Below, piece by piece: positions 29,901 to 40,503 of a stretch of 64,000 nt of DNA (position 1 is its first letter; the number at the start of each line of letters is the position of its first letter). Under the pieces are notes generated by a model. The model had not been told where the DNA came from. It was given only the letters and a program-made list of their open reading frames with translations, and did no database searches. The translations under genes were made by a program, and so were the position numbers. The DNA is taken from NCBI GenBank assembly GCA_964527185.1, contig CAZGOI010000002.1, forward strand, positions 133,532 through 197,531. Reading direction: 5' to 3'. The stretch comes from an uncultured Candidatus Saccharibacteria bacterium (GTDB lineage Bacteria > Patescibacteriota > Minisyncoccia > Phycocordibacterales > UBA9973).

Positions 29901-30392
29901 TTACATTTTTTTAATTTGCTTTATAGCTTTCTCATCAAAATCCTCATCGACATGAGATTCGAGAAGTTTCTCGGTCGCCCCGACAACTAGCGCGACTATC
30001 TCGCCCCTAGCTTCTTCGACGATTTTTATTTTTTCAGCTTCCAGGTTTTTCTTGCCATTTGCAATCATCTGGGCGACTTCAGCTCCCGTCTTCTTTACTG
30101 TTTCTTTGCGATTATTTTCTGCATCAATTTTTGCTTGTTTAGAGATTTCATTTGCTTCGGCTCGGGCTTCTGCCAAAACTTTTTCATACTCTTTCTTTGT
30201 TTTCTCAACGAGCGCTGCATTTGTCTTTGCGTCTTCTAGGCCAATGGCAATTTTATTTGATCGATCATTCATCAACTTCTTTAACGGTTTCATAGCAAAG
30301 AAATAAATAACACCAAAAACAATGCCAAAATTTACAATTTGAGCAAGCATTATCTTCCAATCTATATGAAATGTTGTTATAAATGCGTCCAT
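29901..30392 (-). CDS. atpF: ATP synthase Fo b
   Basis: QIVNFGI TM, KPL...R, long coiled coil. Confidence 0.95.
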   Translation of the reverse strand: MDAFITTFHIDWKIMLAQIVNFGIVFGVIYFFAMKPLKKLMNDRSNKIAIGLEDAKTNAALVEKTKKEYEKVLAEARAEANEISKQAKIDAENNRKETVKKTGAEVAQMIANGKKNLEAEKIKIVEEARGEIVALVVGATEKLLESHVDEDFDEKAIKQIKKM

Positions 30393-30455
30393 AATTTAGT
30401 TTCTGGTTTAGAGCGGTAAGATTAAAATATCTCTCCGCCCCCAAGCAAAACCCAA

Positions 30456-30701
<246 letters not shown>

Positions 30702-30721
30702 TTATAATAATAAATTTCCTT

Positions 30722-31588
30722 CTACGTCGCGTGTGTCATTTCATTGCTATGTTCATGTTCGTCGTGATCTTGTGAAGCGATTGTGAAGTAGACGAGCACC
30801 AGAACTGGGAATATTAATGCTTGTATGACGCCGACGAAAACCTCAAGAAACATGAACGGCACTGGCAAGATATAAGCAAATATCGCTCCCATTGAAAGCA
30901 AAAGTACTTCGCCAGCAAAAACATTACCAAAAAGACGAAATGAGAGAGATAATACTTTCGTAAATTCACCGACAAACTCTATAAGCCCGACAAAGAATGT
31001 AACCGGTGCGACTATTAGAGTTATGGGTTCTCGGCGGATTTTAGTGAAAATACTGCCAAGTGCTTTTAGATTAACATATTTATTAAATGTTTTCCAGAGT
31101 CCGATCGAAGCGATGCCAAATATATTTGCACTAACTACTGATACGAAAGCAACAGCAAGCGTAGTATTGATATCAGCTGTCCCACTACGCAAAAACGGTA
31201 TAAACGAGGGCCCTTCCCTACCTTGCTCTATAAGGCCAAAGCCACCAAGTGGCAGAAGACCAATCCAATTACTTATCAGAAAAAATAGAAACATTGAAAA
31301 AGCAAATGGAAAAACCTTTTCAGATATTTTTCTATTACCAGTCACCTGATCGCATAACGATAGAGCGCCTTCAAGGATTATTTCAAAAAGGTTTTGAATC
31401 CCCCTCGGGATTTCTTTAAGTTTTCGGCGCAGTGCTATCATCATGATGACTATTATAACCACGACCAACCAACTGGTCAGAAGTGAATTTGTAATAGTAA
31501 AAGACCCAACGTGACCGATTGGTTCGGCATAAAGTGTGACTTCATGATTGATCGTAGTAGTTTGATTTTGATTAATTTGAGGTTGCAT
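30722..31588 (-). CDS. atpB: ATP synthase Fo a
   Basis: TADINTT, SLSFRLFGNVFAGE, IQALIF. Confidence 0.97.
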   Translation of the reverse strand: MQPQINQNQTTTINHEVTLYAEPIGHVGSFTITNSLLTSWLVVVIIVIMMIALRRKLKEIPRGIQNLFEIILEGALSLCDQVTGNRKISEKVFPFAFSMFLFFLISNWIGLLPLGGFGLIEQGREGPSFIPFLRSGTADINTTLAVAFVSVVSANIFGIASIGLWKTFNKYVNLKALGSIFTKIRREPITLIVAPVTFFVGLIEFVGEFTKVLSLSFRLFGNVFAGEVLLLSMGAIFAYILPVPFMFLEVFVGVIQALIFPVLVLVYFTIASQDHDEHEHSNEMTHAT

Positions 31589-31862
31589 CTGATTTTATAT
31601 TTTCACTTTGCTTTTTTATTTTATCTTCCTCACCAATTTTCTTTATATATTTCATAGATATTCTGGCGATTGCTATCATCGAAATTATAAAAGCTATACC
31701 AGTCAGGGTTATGAATATCCATGGATCTGTACCGAAACGTTTATCAAGATATTTACCCATAAAAAGTGCGAACACAATTGGAATAGCTACCCAGACAGAA
31801 ACCCCGGCAAACATTATTATTGCAGGTTGCCACCAATTGTTATTTTTTTTGTCTTCTTGCAT
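31572..31862 (-). CDS. AtpZ/AtpI family two-TM protein
   Basis: GKYLDKRFGTDPW motif; first gene of the atp operon; start moved to MQEDKK (31862). Confidence 0.85.
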   Translation of the reverse strand: MQEDKKNNNWWQPAIIMFAGVSVWVAIPIVFALFMGKYLDKRFGTDPWIFITLTGIAFIISMIAIARISMKYIKKIGEEDKIKKQSENIKSDATSN

Positions 31863-31955
31863 AAAAAGAAAGTGGCCTAAAGCCACCTGTAATGTATCAA
31901 AAAATTGCCATATTTTCAAGTTTTTGCTATAGTATGTAACGTTTTTACCAAAAAC

Positions 31956-32027
31956 GCGTGTGTAGTTCAGTGGTAGAACGCTGTCCTGATAAGACAGAGG
32001 TCGAAGGTTCGATTCCTTCCACACGCA
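31956..32027 (+). tRNA. tRNA-Ile(GAT)
   Basis: Acceptor GCGTGTG/CACACGC, anticodon arm CTGTC-CTGATAA-GACAG, GTTCGATTC; no CCA; terminator at about 32033-32065. Confidence 0.95.
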
Positions 32028-32086
32028 CAAACAAAAACCCCCTTCGATTTCTCGAGGGGATTTTTGCTAAAATATTTTCTATTTTA

Positions 32087-32347
32087 TTATGCTCTAGGTT
32101 GCATTGGGCGCGCTTCGTTGACGGTTAGATTTCGTCCATCGAAATCCTTACCATCAAACATTGAGATAGCCTTGTCTGCATCGGCGTCGTTTTCCATTTC
32201 AACGAATCCGAAACCCTTAGAACGACCAGTCATCTTATCCATAATAATGGTAGCAGACGAAACTGCGCCTGCCTGCTCAAAGTGTGACTTGAGCTCATCA
32301 TTGGTCGTCTTGTAAGGGAGACCGCCGACATATAACTTCTTTGCCAT
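32087..32347 (-). CDS. RRM (RNP) RNA-binding protein
   Basis: RNP2 LYVGGL, RNP1 KGFGFVEM, VNEARP. Confidence 0.95.
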   Translation of the reverse strand: MAKKLYVGGLPYKTTNDELKSHFEQAGAVSSATIIMDKMTGRSKGFGFVEMENDADADKAISMFDGKDFDGRNLTVNEARPMQPRA

Positions 32348-32403
32348 ATATGACAATGTGCATTCGCAAAATATTACTTAAATAATATTTCACAAATTAA
32401 CTA

Positions 32404-32425
32404 ATCCTTCGCTTTCGCTCAGGAT
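32404..32425 (-). repeat. REP-like palindromic element in the RRM gene leader
   Basis: ATCCTGAGCGAAAGCGAAGGAT (minus strand), hairpin ATCCT...AGGAT. Confidence 0.5.
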
Positions 32426-32575
32426 CCCGACACATGGTCGGGGCTTATAAATGTAATCGCAAGCTAGATCCTCATTTACATACCTCAATGTTTTAACATT
32501 AGAGAATGAAACAATAAACCAAAACGCGTGACAACTACTTCCTGAAGTATACCATAACAAGACCCAAGTAGCAAG

Positions 32576-33547
32576 TTATTCCTCTTCGGCGTTACCTACT
32601 TCGCCGGTTTGGAGCGAGTCGATGATCTTTGTGATATTGCCATCCATGATGCTCGGAATATTGGACCAAGATTGCTTGATACGGTGGTCGGTCACGCGGT
32701 CTTGAGGAAAATTGTAAGTTCGGATTTTCTCGCTTCTGTCCCCTGTTCCGATTTGGTCTTTTCGTTCACCAGAATATTTTTTGGCTTCCTCTTCTTCTTT
32801 TAAAAGTTGAAGTTTAGCGGTCAAAATAGACATTGCCTTTTCACGATTAGCGGCCTGACTGCGTTCATTGGTCGAGCGAACGTCGATACCGGTTGGCTTG
32901 TGGATGAGTCGGACGGCTGTTTCAACTTTGTTTACATTCTGTCCGCCCTTGCCACCAGAGCGAGAGTATTCCATATCTATATCGGTTGGGTTAATTTCAA
33001 ATTTAACTTTTTTACGAATCGGCAGAATGGCAACCGATGCAGTCGAAGTGTGAATACGGCCATTTTTTTCCGTGGCTGGGATTCTCTGCACTCTCTGCAC
33101 TCCAGTTTCATAGCGCAAAAGTTTATAGCAATCTTTGCCTTTTATTTCAAAAGAAGCTTCCTTGTAGCCGCCGACATCATTTCCAGACTCGCTAATATTT
33201 TTGAAACTCCAACTTTTATTTTCAGCAAATCGCTCATACATGTGCGCCAGCTCCCAAGCAAAAAGCGAAGCTTCGTCACCGCCGGCGCCAGCCCTAACCT
33301 CAAGGACGAGTTCATTGGGAAATTCGTCTTCTTCCTTTTCGCTTTTCAATATTTCTTCAACTTGCCTTGTGATTGCTTCTTTTTGAAATTTGATATTTTG
33401 CAGTTCTTCGTCGGCCAAGTCTCTGAGCGATTCATCTTGCGCAACCATCTCTAGCACTTTTTTTTCTTCGTTTGCAAGCCTTTCGTATTCGAGCGCGAAA
33501 TAGCTCGTCTTGTGATCTTTTTTCAATTGTTCCCAGTCTAGGTTCAT
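32576..33547 (-). CDS. prfA: Peptide chain release factor 1
   Basis: [17 protein letters not shown] (PxT motif), [17 protein letters not shown]; start moved to MNLDW. Confidence 0.95.
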   Translation of the reverse strand: MNLDWEQLKKDHKTSYFALEYERLANEEKKVLEMVAQDESLRDLADEELQNIKFQKEAITRQVEEILKSEKEEDEFPNELVLEVRAGAGGDEASLFAWELAHMYERFAENKSWSFKNISESGNDVGGYKEASFEIKGKDCYKLLRYETGVQRVQRIPATEKNGRIHTSTASVAILPIRKKVKFEINPTDIDMEYSRSGGKGGQNVNKVETAVRLIHKPTGIDVRSTNERSQAANREKAMSILTAKLQLLKEEEEAKKYSGERKDQIGTGDRSEKIRTYNFPQDRVTDHRIKQSWSNIPSIMDGNITKIIDSLQTGEVGNAEEE

Positions 33548-33569
33548 ATATTTTAAATTGTAACAAATA

Positions 33570-33612
33570 AAAAACCACAAATCAGCTTTTGAGAACTGAC
33601 CTGTGGTTTTTT
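33570..33612 (-). terminator. Terminator-like hairpin after rpmE
   Basis: AAAAACCACA...TGTGGTTTTT with inner TCAG/CTGA pairing. Confidence 0.7.
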
Positions 33613-33616
33613 AAAT

Positions 33617-33826
33617 TTATTTCTTTGCAGCAGCAACACGTCGCTTGAAGCGATCGACGCGGCCGGCCGTGTCTACTACTTTATCGTTGCCAGTGTAAAA
33701 AGGGTGGCACTGGCTGCAGATTTCAATTTCCATATTATCGAGGGTTGAACCAACAGTAAAAGTTGCCCCACAGGCGCAGGTAACTTTGGTTTTGTCGTTG
33801 TATTTTGGGTGAATATTTTTTTGCAT
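33617..33826 (-). CDS. rpmE: 50S ribosomal protein L31 (Zn-binding type)
   Basis: [25 protein letters not shown]. Confidence 0.97.
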   Translation of the reverse strand: MQKNIHPKYNDKTKVTCACGATFTVGSTLDNMEIEICSQCHPFYTGNDKVVDTAGRVDRFKRRVAAAKK

Positions 33827-33851
33827 ACCGCGCTATATTAACACGTAAAGG

Positions 33852-35216
33852 TTAGCTTTGCAATGGGTCGATCATTGTTTGTTGAATGTTGTTTGCTTTG
33901 GCCATAACACTTCGACCATACGAACATGTCGAACCGCCGGAACCATAATATTTACAAGCAGCCCTAAGTTTAGATGAATAACTGCTTCCAGATGCCCCTA
34001 AATCAGCCAAAAATAGAGCTGAGGCGGTGAAAGCGTCTCGAGGGTTCCAAGGGTCTGGTATGACAATTCCAAGAGCATTTGCAACCCTATTTTTAATCCC
34101 AGACCAGGTCGAAGGTATAAATTGAGCGGGTCCCATAGCTCCACCCCAACTAGATGCGCCAGCCGATGCAATTGGGCAAGAAACAAGAGTTTTATATGGG
34201 TCCCTACCAAGCGCCGTGGTGATATCTACAAATGGAGTTGTGTCGCGTATCGGCTTCATAACATTTCTATAAACTGTATTGCTGCGAGCGCTCACACCTT
34301 GGCCGGTATCCATACTCGTGACATAGCAGGAACCCTGGTCGGTACCCAAATTACTCTCTTGGGTAATGATGGCAAGAAGGAATGCTGGGTCAACACCAGT
34401 AATTTTTGATGCTTGGTTTGCGTAATCGAGCGCTTGACCGAATGGGATAGCAACTGCATCACGAAGATTGAAAAGAACAGCTAGGATTTGGGCTCGACGC
34501 TTTGCTTTGTCATCTAGGATTTTTTGATATTCTTTTTCTTTATCTTTACTGATTGATAGAAGTTGTTGCTTTTGCTGCTGGCTCAATTCGACTTGGTGTT
34601 TTGCATTTTCAAGTTGAACCTTGGCATCGGTTTCTTCGTTACGTTTTACTTCGAGTGTTTGCTTGGCCGATTCGGTCTCGACTTTGATGCCATTAATTTC
34701 ATCGACAGATTTTTTAATTCCAACTTTGAGCGATGCAAAGCTGTCGATATCTCCATAGGCAAGCGATAGTGTATCTTTGGATAGAATAAATGCCAATATT
34801 GTCTTGTCGTCTATCTCCCTATCTTTGCGGATTAGCTGGGCTAGAGATTCCTTCTCGGTTTCAACTTTTGTTGTCAAGGTTACTATTTCCTGATTTTTAT
34901 CTGTGATCTCACCACCAAGTTTTTTTATGATAAGATTTTTTGCTTGAATATCCAATTTTGATTTATTTATTTGGGTAGTCAAAATGGCTATGTCTCGAGA
35001 AAGCGAAACCGATTGGCCCTTTTGATTTGCTAATTCTTGTTGTTTTTGGGCAATTTCTTGTTCGAGTGTTTGCAGTTCGGCTTCGAGGGCGGCTTTATCG
35101 GCTTGGGCATTTTGCAAGGCTTGGTCGGCGTAGGCTACCAAATAACCATTTAAATAATTACCAATGAGGCAAAATATAAGGACAAAAACAAAACAATGTC
35201 GAAATGATCGTCGCAT
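33852..35216 (-). CDS. Secreted coiled-coil protein with C-terminal lytic transglycosylase domain
   Basis: Signal peptide, long coiled coil, AIITQESNLG (catalytic Glu), GAMGPAQFIPSTW, DPWNPRDA. Confidence 0.85.
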   Translation of the reverse strand: MRRSFRHCFVFVLIFCLIGNYLNGYLVAYADQALQNAQADKAALEAELQTLEQEIAQKQQELANQKGQSVSLSRDIAILTTQINKSKLDIQAKNLIIKKLGGEITDKNQEIVTLTTKVETEKESLAQLIRKDREIDDKTILAFILSKDTLSLAYGDIDSFASLKVGIKKSVDEINGIKVETESAKQTLEVKRNEETDAKVQLENAKHQVELSQQQKQQLLSISKDKEKEYQKILDDKAKRRAQILAVLFNLRDAVAIPFGQALDYANQASKITGVDPAFLLAIITQESNLGTDQGSCYVTSMDTGQGVSARSNTVYRNVMKPIRDTTPFVDITTALGRDPYKTLVSCPIASAGASSWGGAMGPAQFIPSTWSGIKNRVANALGIVIPDPWNPRDAFTASALFLADLGASGSSYSSKLRAACKYYGSGGSTCSYGRSVMAKANNIQQTMIDPLQS

Positions 35217-35277
35217 ACAAACCTATTATATCATACAAAAAATCCCAGATTTCCACCTGAGAATTTTTTGGTTTAAA

Positions 35278-35949
35278 CTATTCTGCTTTTTCTTCTTCGC
35301 TAGTTTCAGTAACTTCTCCCTCTTCTTTCTTGCCCTTCTTTTCAACTTCGATTGTCGACAGATCGACTGGGGCTTCCTCTTCAACCTTTTCTTCTCTAAC
35401 GGCTGCTATAAGAGCGACAACTTCATCGGCATCAGTTTTAAGTTCTACGCCACTAGGTAGTTTAATATCTTTGGCATGAATTTGGTCACCAAGATTTGCC
35501 AAGTTTGTAATATCAACTTCAATATTGTGAGGTAAGTCTTTTGGTAGGGCTTTGATCTCAAATTCGTGGAGGACTTTGACGAGCACACCAAGACTATCTT
35601 TTTCAGCTTGAGCCAGGCCGATAAATTCGATAGGAACGTGAACCTCGATTGGCTTGTTCATATCTATGGCTAAGAAATCTATATGTATAGGGTAGCTTTT
35701 GACTGGGTCAACTTGAACATCATGAATGAGGACATCGATTTTTTTACCAGTGTCTCCTAGTTCGAGCACCACAGTGCCAGACTCGCCCACAATTTTTAGT
35801 ATTTTTTCAAACTGCGCACTCGGGACGGAAATCGATGTATTCTCCACACGAGCGCCATAGACGACTGCTGGAACTTGGCCGTTAGATCGCAAAGATCCCA
35901 ACTTGTCTGTCTTACTTCGCATTGCTGCGGTTAATGTTAATGCTTGCAT
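35278..35949 (-). CDS. rplY: 50S ribosomal protein L25/Ctc
   Basis: VPAVVYG, VQVDPV...HIDF, LPKDLPH; start moved to MQAL. Confidence 0.95.
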   Translation of the reverse strand: MQALTLTAAMRSKTDKLGSLRSNGQVPAVVYGARVENTSISVPSAQFEKILKIVGESGTVVLELGDTGKKIDVLIHDVQVDPVKSYPIHIDFLAIDMNKPIEVHVPIEFIGLAQAEKDSLGVLVKVLHEFEIKALPKDLPHNIEVDITNLANLGDQIHAKDIKLPSGVELKTDADEVVALIAAVREEKVEEEAPVDLSTIEVEKKGKKEEGEVTETSEEEKAE

Positions 35950-35989
35950 GGGCAAAATACTAGCACAAAAAAAATTTCTTGGCAATAAT

Positions 35990-37699
35990 TTACTTCTGCT
36001 TTTTTATATGCGATTCGATATATTTTATGGTAGCGTTAACTTTCTTCCCGGGGTTGAAGATATTATTTGGGTCGAAAATTTTCTTTGTTTTTTCAAAAAG
36101 ATCGTAGGTTTTTTCGCCAAACATCTGGCGCAAATATGGCGAACGGATTATACCGTCATTATGCTCGGCAGTTATCGAACCACCAAGTTTAATGACTAGA
36201 TCGTAAACCTTTTGTGATGCTTCAAGGATGATATTTTTAAGACTTGGATCTTTGGGATTAAGCAGTGTGTAGATATGCATATTACCGTCACCAGAATGGC
36301 CACCGACAGCAAATGTCATATGCTTGCCGTAGCTTCCAAGTATTTTATAGAGCTCTGGGTAAAACTCTGGCAATTTTTCTGGTTTTGTTATTACATCGTC
36401 TACAAATGGTTCTGATTTCATTTTCTTTAAGTGGTAGCGAATCAGATTGAAAGCTTCATGCCTAATCGTCCAGTATTTTTTCGCCTCAAATTCATTTCTG
36501 GTTATATGGACTCCAATTTTTTTAATATTTTTTAAATCTCTTTTTGCGATCTTGGCTTTTTCATCAACTTCTTCTTTTGTGTTGCCAGTGAATTCAACCA
36601 AGAGTATCAACCTCGGGAAACCATGGCAAAATGTCATCTTGATCTCAGGCCCAAAAGAAAACATCAGTCTGAAGAAATTTTTTAAACCAAGCAACTTTAC
36701 AAAACTCCATATGTATTTGAGGACGAGCAAAAAAGTTTTATCGTCATAGGATTCAAGAGTTTCTGGGTTGTGTTCTAGGATTTTACTCACGAGGTTTGGT
36801 AAGATTTTTATATCGCGTAAAAATACAACCACGAGTTTTGAAAATGGCTTGGGTTCTATTAAATGTAATGTTATCTTTGTCACGATTCCGAGCGTGCCCT
36901 GGGAACCGACTATGAGTTTGGTTAGATCAAAAACTTGTTTTTCTTCATCCCAAACATTCCACAAATAATAGCCAGCAGAATTTTTAGAAACTTTTGGCTT
37001 GGCTTTTTCTAAATCTTCTTTGTTTTCAATAACGAGGTTATAAATTTCTTTGTATAGATTACCCTCAAAGTTATTTTGAGAAATTTTTACTAGAAGTTCA
37101 TCTTTTGTTAACGGCTTAACTTCATATTCTTGCCCATCAGTTAAAACAACTTGCAAGCTTTTTATATAGTCTTCAGTTTTGCCATAGACGAGGGTTTTCT
37201 CGCCGCCAGAATTGTTTCCAACCATTCCACCCATAGCATTCAGACTCTTCGATGCCGTGTAACAAGGCAAGAGCAGGTTTTTTTCTAGCGTCTTTTTCTC
37301 AAAATCACGATAGTAACAACCGGGCTCGACAACAGCGGTGCCAGAGATTTCTATTTCCTGCGGATTAATGGGATTTTTTGTTTTTATAGAATATTGCGCG
37401 ACATTGTTTACTTCATAGATTTTGTTCATGTATCGCGTGAAATCTATGATGATCGATTCATTGATAGCCCCGCCAGACATGCAAGTGCCAGCCGACCTGG
37501 CGGTCAGGCTTAGGTTTGGATATTTTTGCTTGTTATCCCCAACCCATTTGACGAGAGCCTTGACGTCATCTCTATTTTTCGGAAAGACAACCAGCTCTGG
37601 CTTTACTTCAAATATAGACGCATCGTGAGAATATTTTTCGAGGGTCTCGTTGCTATTTTCAACATCGCCTTTAAAGAATTTTCGAATCTCTTCTTGCAT
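35990..37699 (-). CDS. FAD-linked oxidoreductase (GlcD/D-lactate dehydrogenase family)
   Basis: RSAGTCMSG, GGMVGNNSGG, GSQGTLGIVT, GHSGDGNMH, AEHNDG, FDPNNIFNPGK. Confidence 0.88.
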   Translation of the reverse strand: MQEEIRKFFKGDVENSNETLEKYSHDASIFEVKPELVVFPKNRDDVKALVKWVGDNKQKYPNLSLTARSAGTCMSGGAINESIIIDFTRYMNKIYEVNNVAQYSIKTKNPINPQEIEISGTAVVEPGCYYRDFEKKTLEKNLLLPCYTASKSLNAMGGMVGNNSGGEKTLVYGKTEDYIKSLQVVLTDGQEYEVKPLTKDELLVKISQNNFEGNLYKEIYNLVIENKEDLEKAKPKVSKNSAGYYLWNVWDEEKQVFDLTKLIVGSQGTLGIVTKITLHLIEPKPFSKLVVVFLRDIKILPNLVSKILEHNPETLESYDDKTFLLVLKYIWSFVKLLGLKNFFRLMFSFGPEIKMTFCHGFPRLILLVEFTGNTKEEVDEKAKIAKRDLKNIKKIGVHITRNEFEAKKYWTIRHEAFNLIRYHLKKMKSEPFVDDVITKPEKLPEFYPELYKILGSYGKHMTFAVGGHSGDGNMHIYTLLNPKDPSLKNIILEASQKVYDLVIKLGGSITAEHNDGIIRSPYLRQMFGEKTYDLFEKTKKIFDPNNIFNPGKKVNATIKYIESHIKKQK

Positions 37700-37701
37700 T
37701 T

Positions 37702-38568
37702 TTATTTTATATTATTAAAAAGTTTTAATCGCGCCAAAACTATCTCCTCTATTGCCTTGGCCGCCGGTTCGAGGATTTTGTATGGAGTGGTTTCATCAGG
37801 ATTCTCTGCTATATATTTTTTAACCGCTTCGGTGTAGGCAACGCGGATCTCTGTATTTATGTGGATGATCGAAATTCCAGAGGTAATTGCATTTGTGAAA
37901 TCCTGGTCTCGCAAACCCGACCCACCGTGCAGCACAAGCGGCACGCCCGTCGCCTCTTTTATTTCTTTTACCAAGTCTGCATCGATGTGTGGTTTGCCGC
38001 TTTTGATCAACCCATGGATACTGCCGACAGACGGAGCGAGCATATCTACCCCAGTTGCCTCGACAAATTTTCTTGCATCTTCGGGTTTTGTCAAAACACC
38101 AGCACCCTCTGGAATAGTGTCTTTGATATTCGAACCTTGACCAATAAAACCAAGCTCGCCTTCAACTAGGATATCTCTGCCAACATTTTCTTTAACACTC
38201 TTTATATAATCTACACACTCTTTTGTTTTTGAAACATTATCATCAAAACTTAAACTTGCGCCGTCAAAAATAACAGAATCAAAACCAGCTAGAACTGCCC
38301 CCCTTACCGATTCAAGGCTATAGTGGTGGTCGGCGTTGAGATAAATAGGATAGTTGTCTCTTTCTCGAAACTCTTTGACGAGCGCGACCGCTTCATCGCG
38401 ACCGACAAATTCTTCTTCGCCCTCAGATAGCCCGATGATGACAGGCACGCCCAGAGATTTTGCCGCGTTGTAGACTCCATGCAGGCCTTCAAGGTTTGAA
38501 ATATTAAAATGCCCAATCGCAACTTTCTTTTCCTCTGCTTCTTTTACCACTTCTCGCAATGTTTTCAT
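37702..38568 (-). CDS. fba: Class II fructose-bisphosphate aldolase
   Basis: AIGHFN, NADHH, EGELG, GSIHG, LVLHGGSG. Confidence 0.92.
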   Translation of the reverse strand: MKTLREVVKEAEEKKVAIGHFNISNLEGLHGVYNAAKSLGVPVIIGLSEGEEEFVGRDEAVALVKEFRERDNYPIYLNADHHYSLESVRGAVLAGFDSVIFDGASLSFDDNVSKTKECVDYIKSVKENVGRDILVEGELGFIGQGSNIKDTIPEGAGVLTKPEDARKFVEATGVDMLAPSVGSIHGLIKSGKPHIDADLVKEIKEATGVPLVLHGGSGLRDQDFTNAITSGISIIHINTEIRVAYTEAVKKYIAENPDETTPYKILEPAAKAIEEIVLARLKLFNNIK

Positions 38569-38606
38569 GGGCCAATTATATCATAGTGTGTTATAATATC
38601 GGACAT

Positions 38607-39599
38607 ATGGATAAACAATTAGACGTTCTGGCCATTGGAGATATTGTTGTTGACGATTTTATTAGGATTAAGGATGCCGAAGCTACCTGCGACCTCGATC
38701 AAGAAAATTGCAAATTATGCATTAGATTTGGAGACAAGGTGCCTTTTGAATTTCATAAAATTATATATGCAGTTGGCAATAGTGCAAACGCTGCCGTCTC
38801 TGCCAGCAGACTAGGTCTCCGCTCTGCTTTATCTGGAGTAATTGGCAATGACGATCTCGGCAAAGCTTGTTTGAAATCTTTGGCCGACAATAATGTCAGC
38901 CTAGATTATATAGAAACAGACCCAAAGTTACCAACAAACTATCACTACGTGCTTTGGTATGGCCCAGAGAGAACGATACTGGTCAACCACGCTCCGTTTC
39001 AGAGACACTTGCCGCAAGATTTAAAACCGCCGAAATGGATCTATCTTTCGTCGCTCGGCGAGAACACAGAAGAATTTCACCACGAGATTGCAAAATGGGT
39101 TAGCGAACACCCGCAAACAAAACTTGCCTTTCAACCCGGAACATTTCAAATAAAACTCGGAAAAGAAAAATTAAAAGATATTTACCAAGAGAGCGATTTA
39201 TTCTTCTGCAACGTTGAAGAGGCCCAAAAAATATTAGACACAAAAGAGTTAGACCATTCTAAGTTAATGGAAATGTTGGCTGGTCTTGGCCCAAAAATTG
39301 TAATTTTGACCGATGGTTTCAAGGGCGCCTATGCCTATGATGGAAAAGATAAATGGTTCATGCCAGTCTATCCCCACGTCCCGATCGAGCGCACCGGTGC
39401 AGGCGATGCCTATGAATCGACAATCACGTCTTGCCTTTGCATGGGCAAAAGCTTAGAAGAAGCGCTATCTTGGGCGCCGATAAACGCAATGTCGGTCACC
39501 CAATTTATCGGTGCCCAAGAAGGCCTCCTGACTCCAGAAAAAATCGATGGGTATTTACAAAAAGCCCCGCCTGAGTATAAAATTAAGAAAATAAGTTAA
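38607..39599 (+). CDS. PfkB family carbohydrate kinase
   Basis: GNSANAAVSASRLG, NVEEA, ERTGAGDA; start moved to MDKQ. Confidence 0.9.
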   Translation: MDKQLDVLAIGDIVVDDFIRIKDAEATCDLDQENCKLCIRFGDKVPFEFHKIIYAVGNSANAAVSASRLGLRSALSGVIGNDDLGKACLKSLADNNVSLDYIETDPKLPTNYHYVLWYGPERTILVNHAPFQRHLPQDLKPPKWIYLSSLGENTEEFHHEIAKWVSEHPQTKLAFQPGTFQIKLGKEKLKDIYQESDLFFCNVEEAQKILDTKELDHSKLMEMLAGLGPKIVILTDGFKGAYAYDGKDKWFMPVYPHVPIERTGAGDAYESTITSCLCMGKSLEEALSWAPINAMSVTQFIGAQEGLLTPEKIDGYLQKAPPEYKIKKIS

Positions 39600-39608
39600 T
39601 ATATTTTT

Positions 39609-39878
39609 ATGTCAGAAGAAAACGAAAACTTAAAAGAAATTAATAAATTGCTTGATGAAAAGAATTCAAGCAAAGAGAGGGTTGATAGATTGACCGGAGA
39701 AATTGATCAGAAGATATTTGATGGTAATTCTGGGTATGATACTCAAACCGAAGCAATTGAGATGATGAATCCAAAGATTGAAAAAGAATTGCATAAAATT
39801 TCTGAAGAAAATATGAAGCAATCTAAAATCAAAGAAGAGTTTGAAAAATTAACCAACCCCCTTTCAAAAAGAAAATAA
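39609..39878 (+). CDS. Small charged coiled-coil hypothetical protein
   Basis: 89-aa E/K-rich ORF filling the gap. Confidence 0.5.
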   Translation: MSEENENLKEINKLLDEKNSSKERVDRLTGEIDQKIFDGNSGYDTQTEAIEMMNPKIEKELHKISEENMKQSKIKEEFEKLTNPLSKRK

Positions 39879-39881
39879 ACT

Positions 39882-40475
39882 TTAGATTGATCTCTGGAGT
39901 TTATTTTTTATGTCGTCGTAAAATTTGGCGGCGGTAACCTTCATGTACGGTATGAGCCAGAAGAACCCGATACCGAGAGTGAGTATAGCCAATAGCGCCC
40001 AACCGATGAACCGCAAACCCAGACAGAAAAACTTCCACTTGTAACCTTGCATCATTTCTTTACTCTTATCTATCGCATCCATAGCAGAGATTTCTTGATC
40101 ATCGACCATGATATAGAAAGTCATGGCGTATGAAATTGCGGCGATGATTCCCGGGACTATCAAAAGTAATGACCACAAGAAAGTAAAAAGCAATATAAAA
40201 AAATAAGCCAAAAATGTTCTAGTAAAATGCTTGAAGCCTTCAAATATTTTTTCAATCTTCTCCTCCTTGCCGCGAGAAATACCGATAAAAAAACTTGTCG
40301 CGCTATAGTAAAGCGGCCCGCCGATCAAAAGACCAACTAGCCAGCCGACCATCGGTATCGATCGGCCAACTGCTGTAAATACCACAAAAATTAAAGAAAA
40401 CAAAACAGACAGCCACCACTTGCCCTCTAGAGACTCGAGCGCTCCACTCATTAAAACTTTATTTTTTGTTGCCAT
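39882..40475 (-). CDS. DUF975 family membrane protein
   Basis: LWSLLLIVPGIIAAISYAM, SKEMMQGYKWKFF, WLIPY. Confidence 0.88.
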   Translation of the reverse strand: MATKNKVLMSGALESLEGKWWLSVLFSLIFVVFTAVGRSIPMVGWLVGLLIGGPLYYSATSFFIGISRGKEEKIEKIFEGFKHFTRTFLAYFFILLFTFLWSLLLIVPGIIAAISYAMTFYIMVDDQEISAMDAIDKSKEMMQGYKWKFFCLGLRFIGWALLAILTLGIGFFWLIPYMKVTAAKFYDDIKNKLQRSI

Positions 40476-40503
40476 ATGAATTGATTATAGATTATGTTAA
40501 TAA

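Noticed and set aside
31863-32030. N-terminal extension of the AtpZ/I ORF
   Set aside because: It is the antisense reading of tRNA-Ile; the real start is 31862
32807-33454. Long antisense ORFs (215 aa here; also 28955-29482, 40934-41497, 45609-46040 and many shorter ones)
   Set aside because: Shadows of conserved genes on the opposite strand, with no motifs or expression signals
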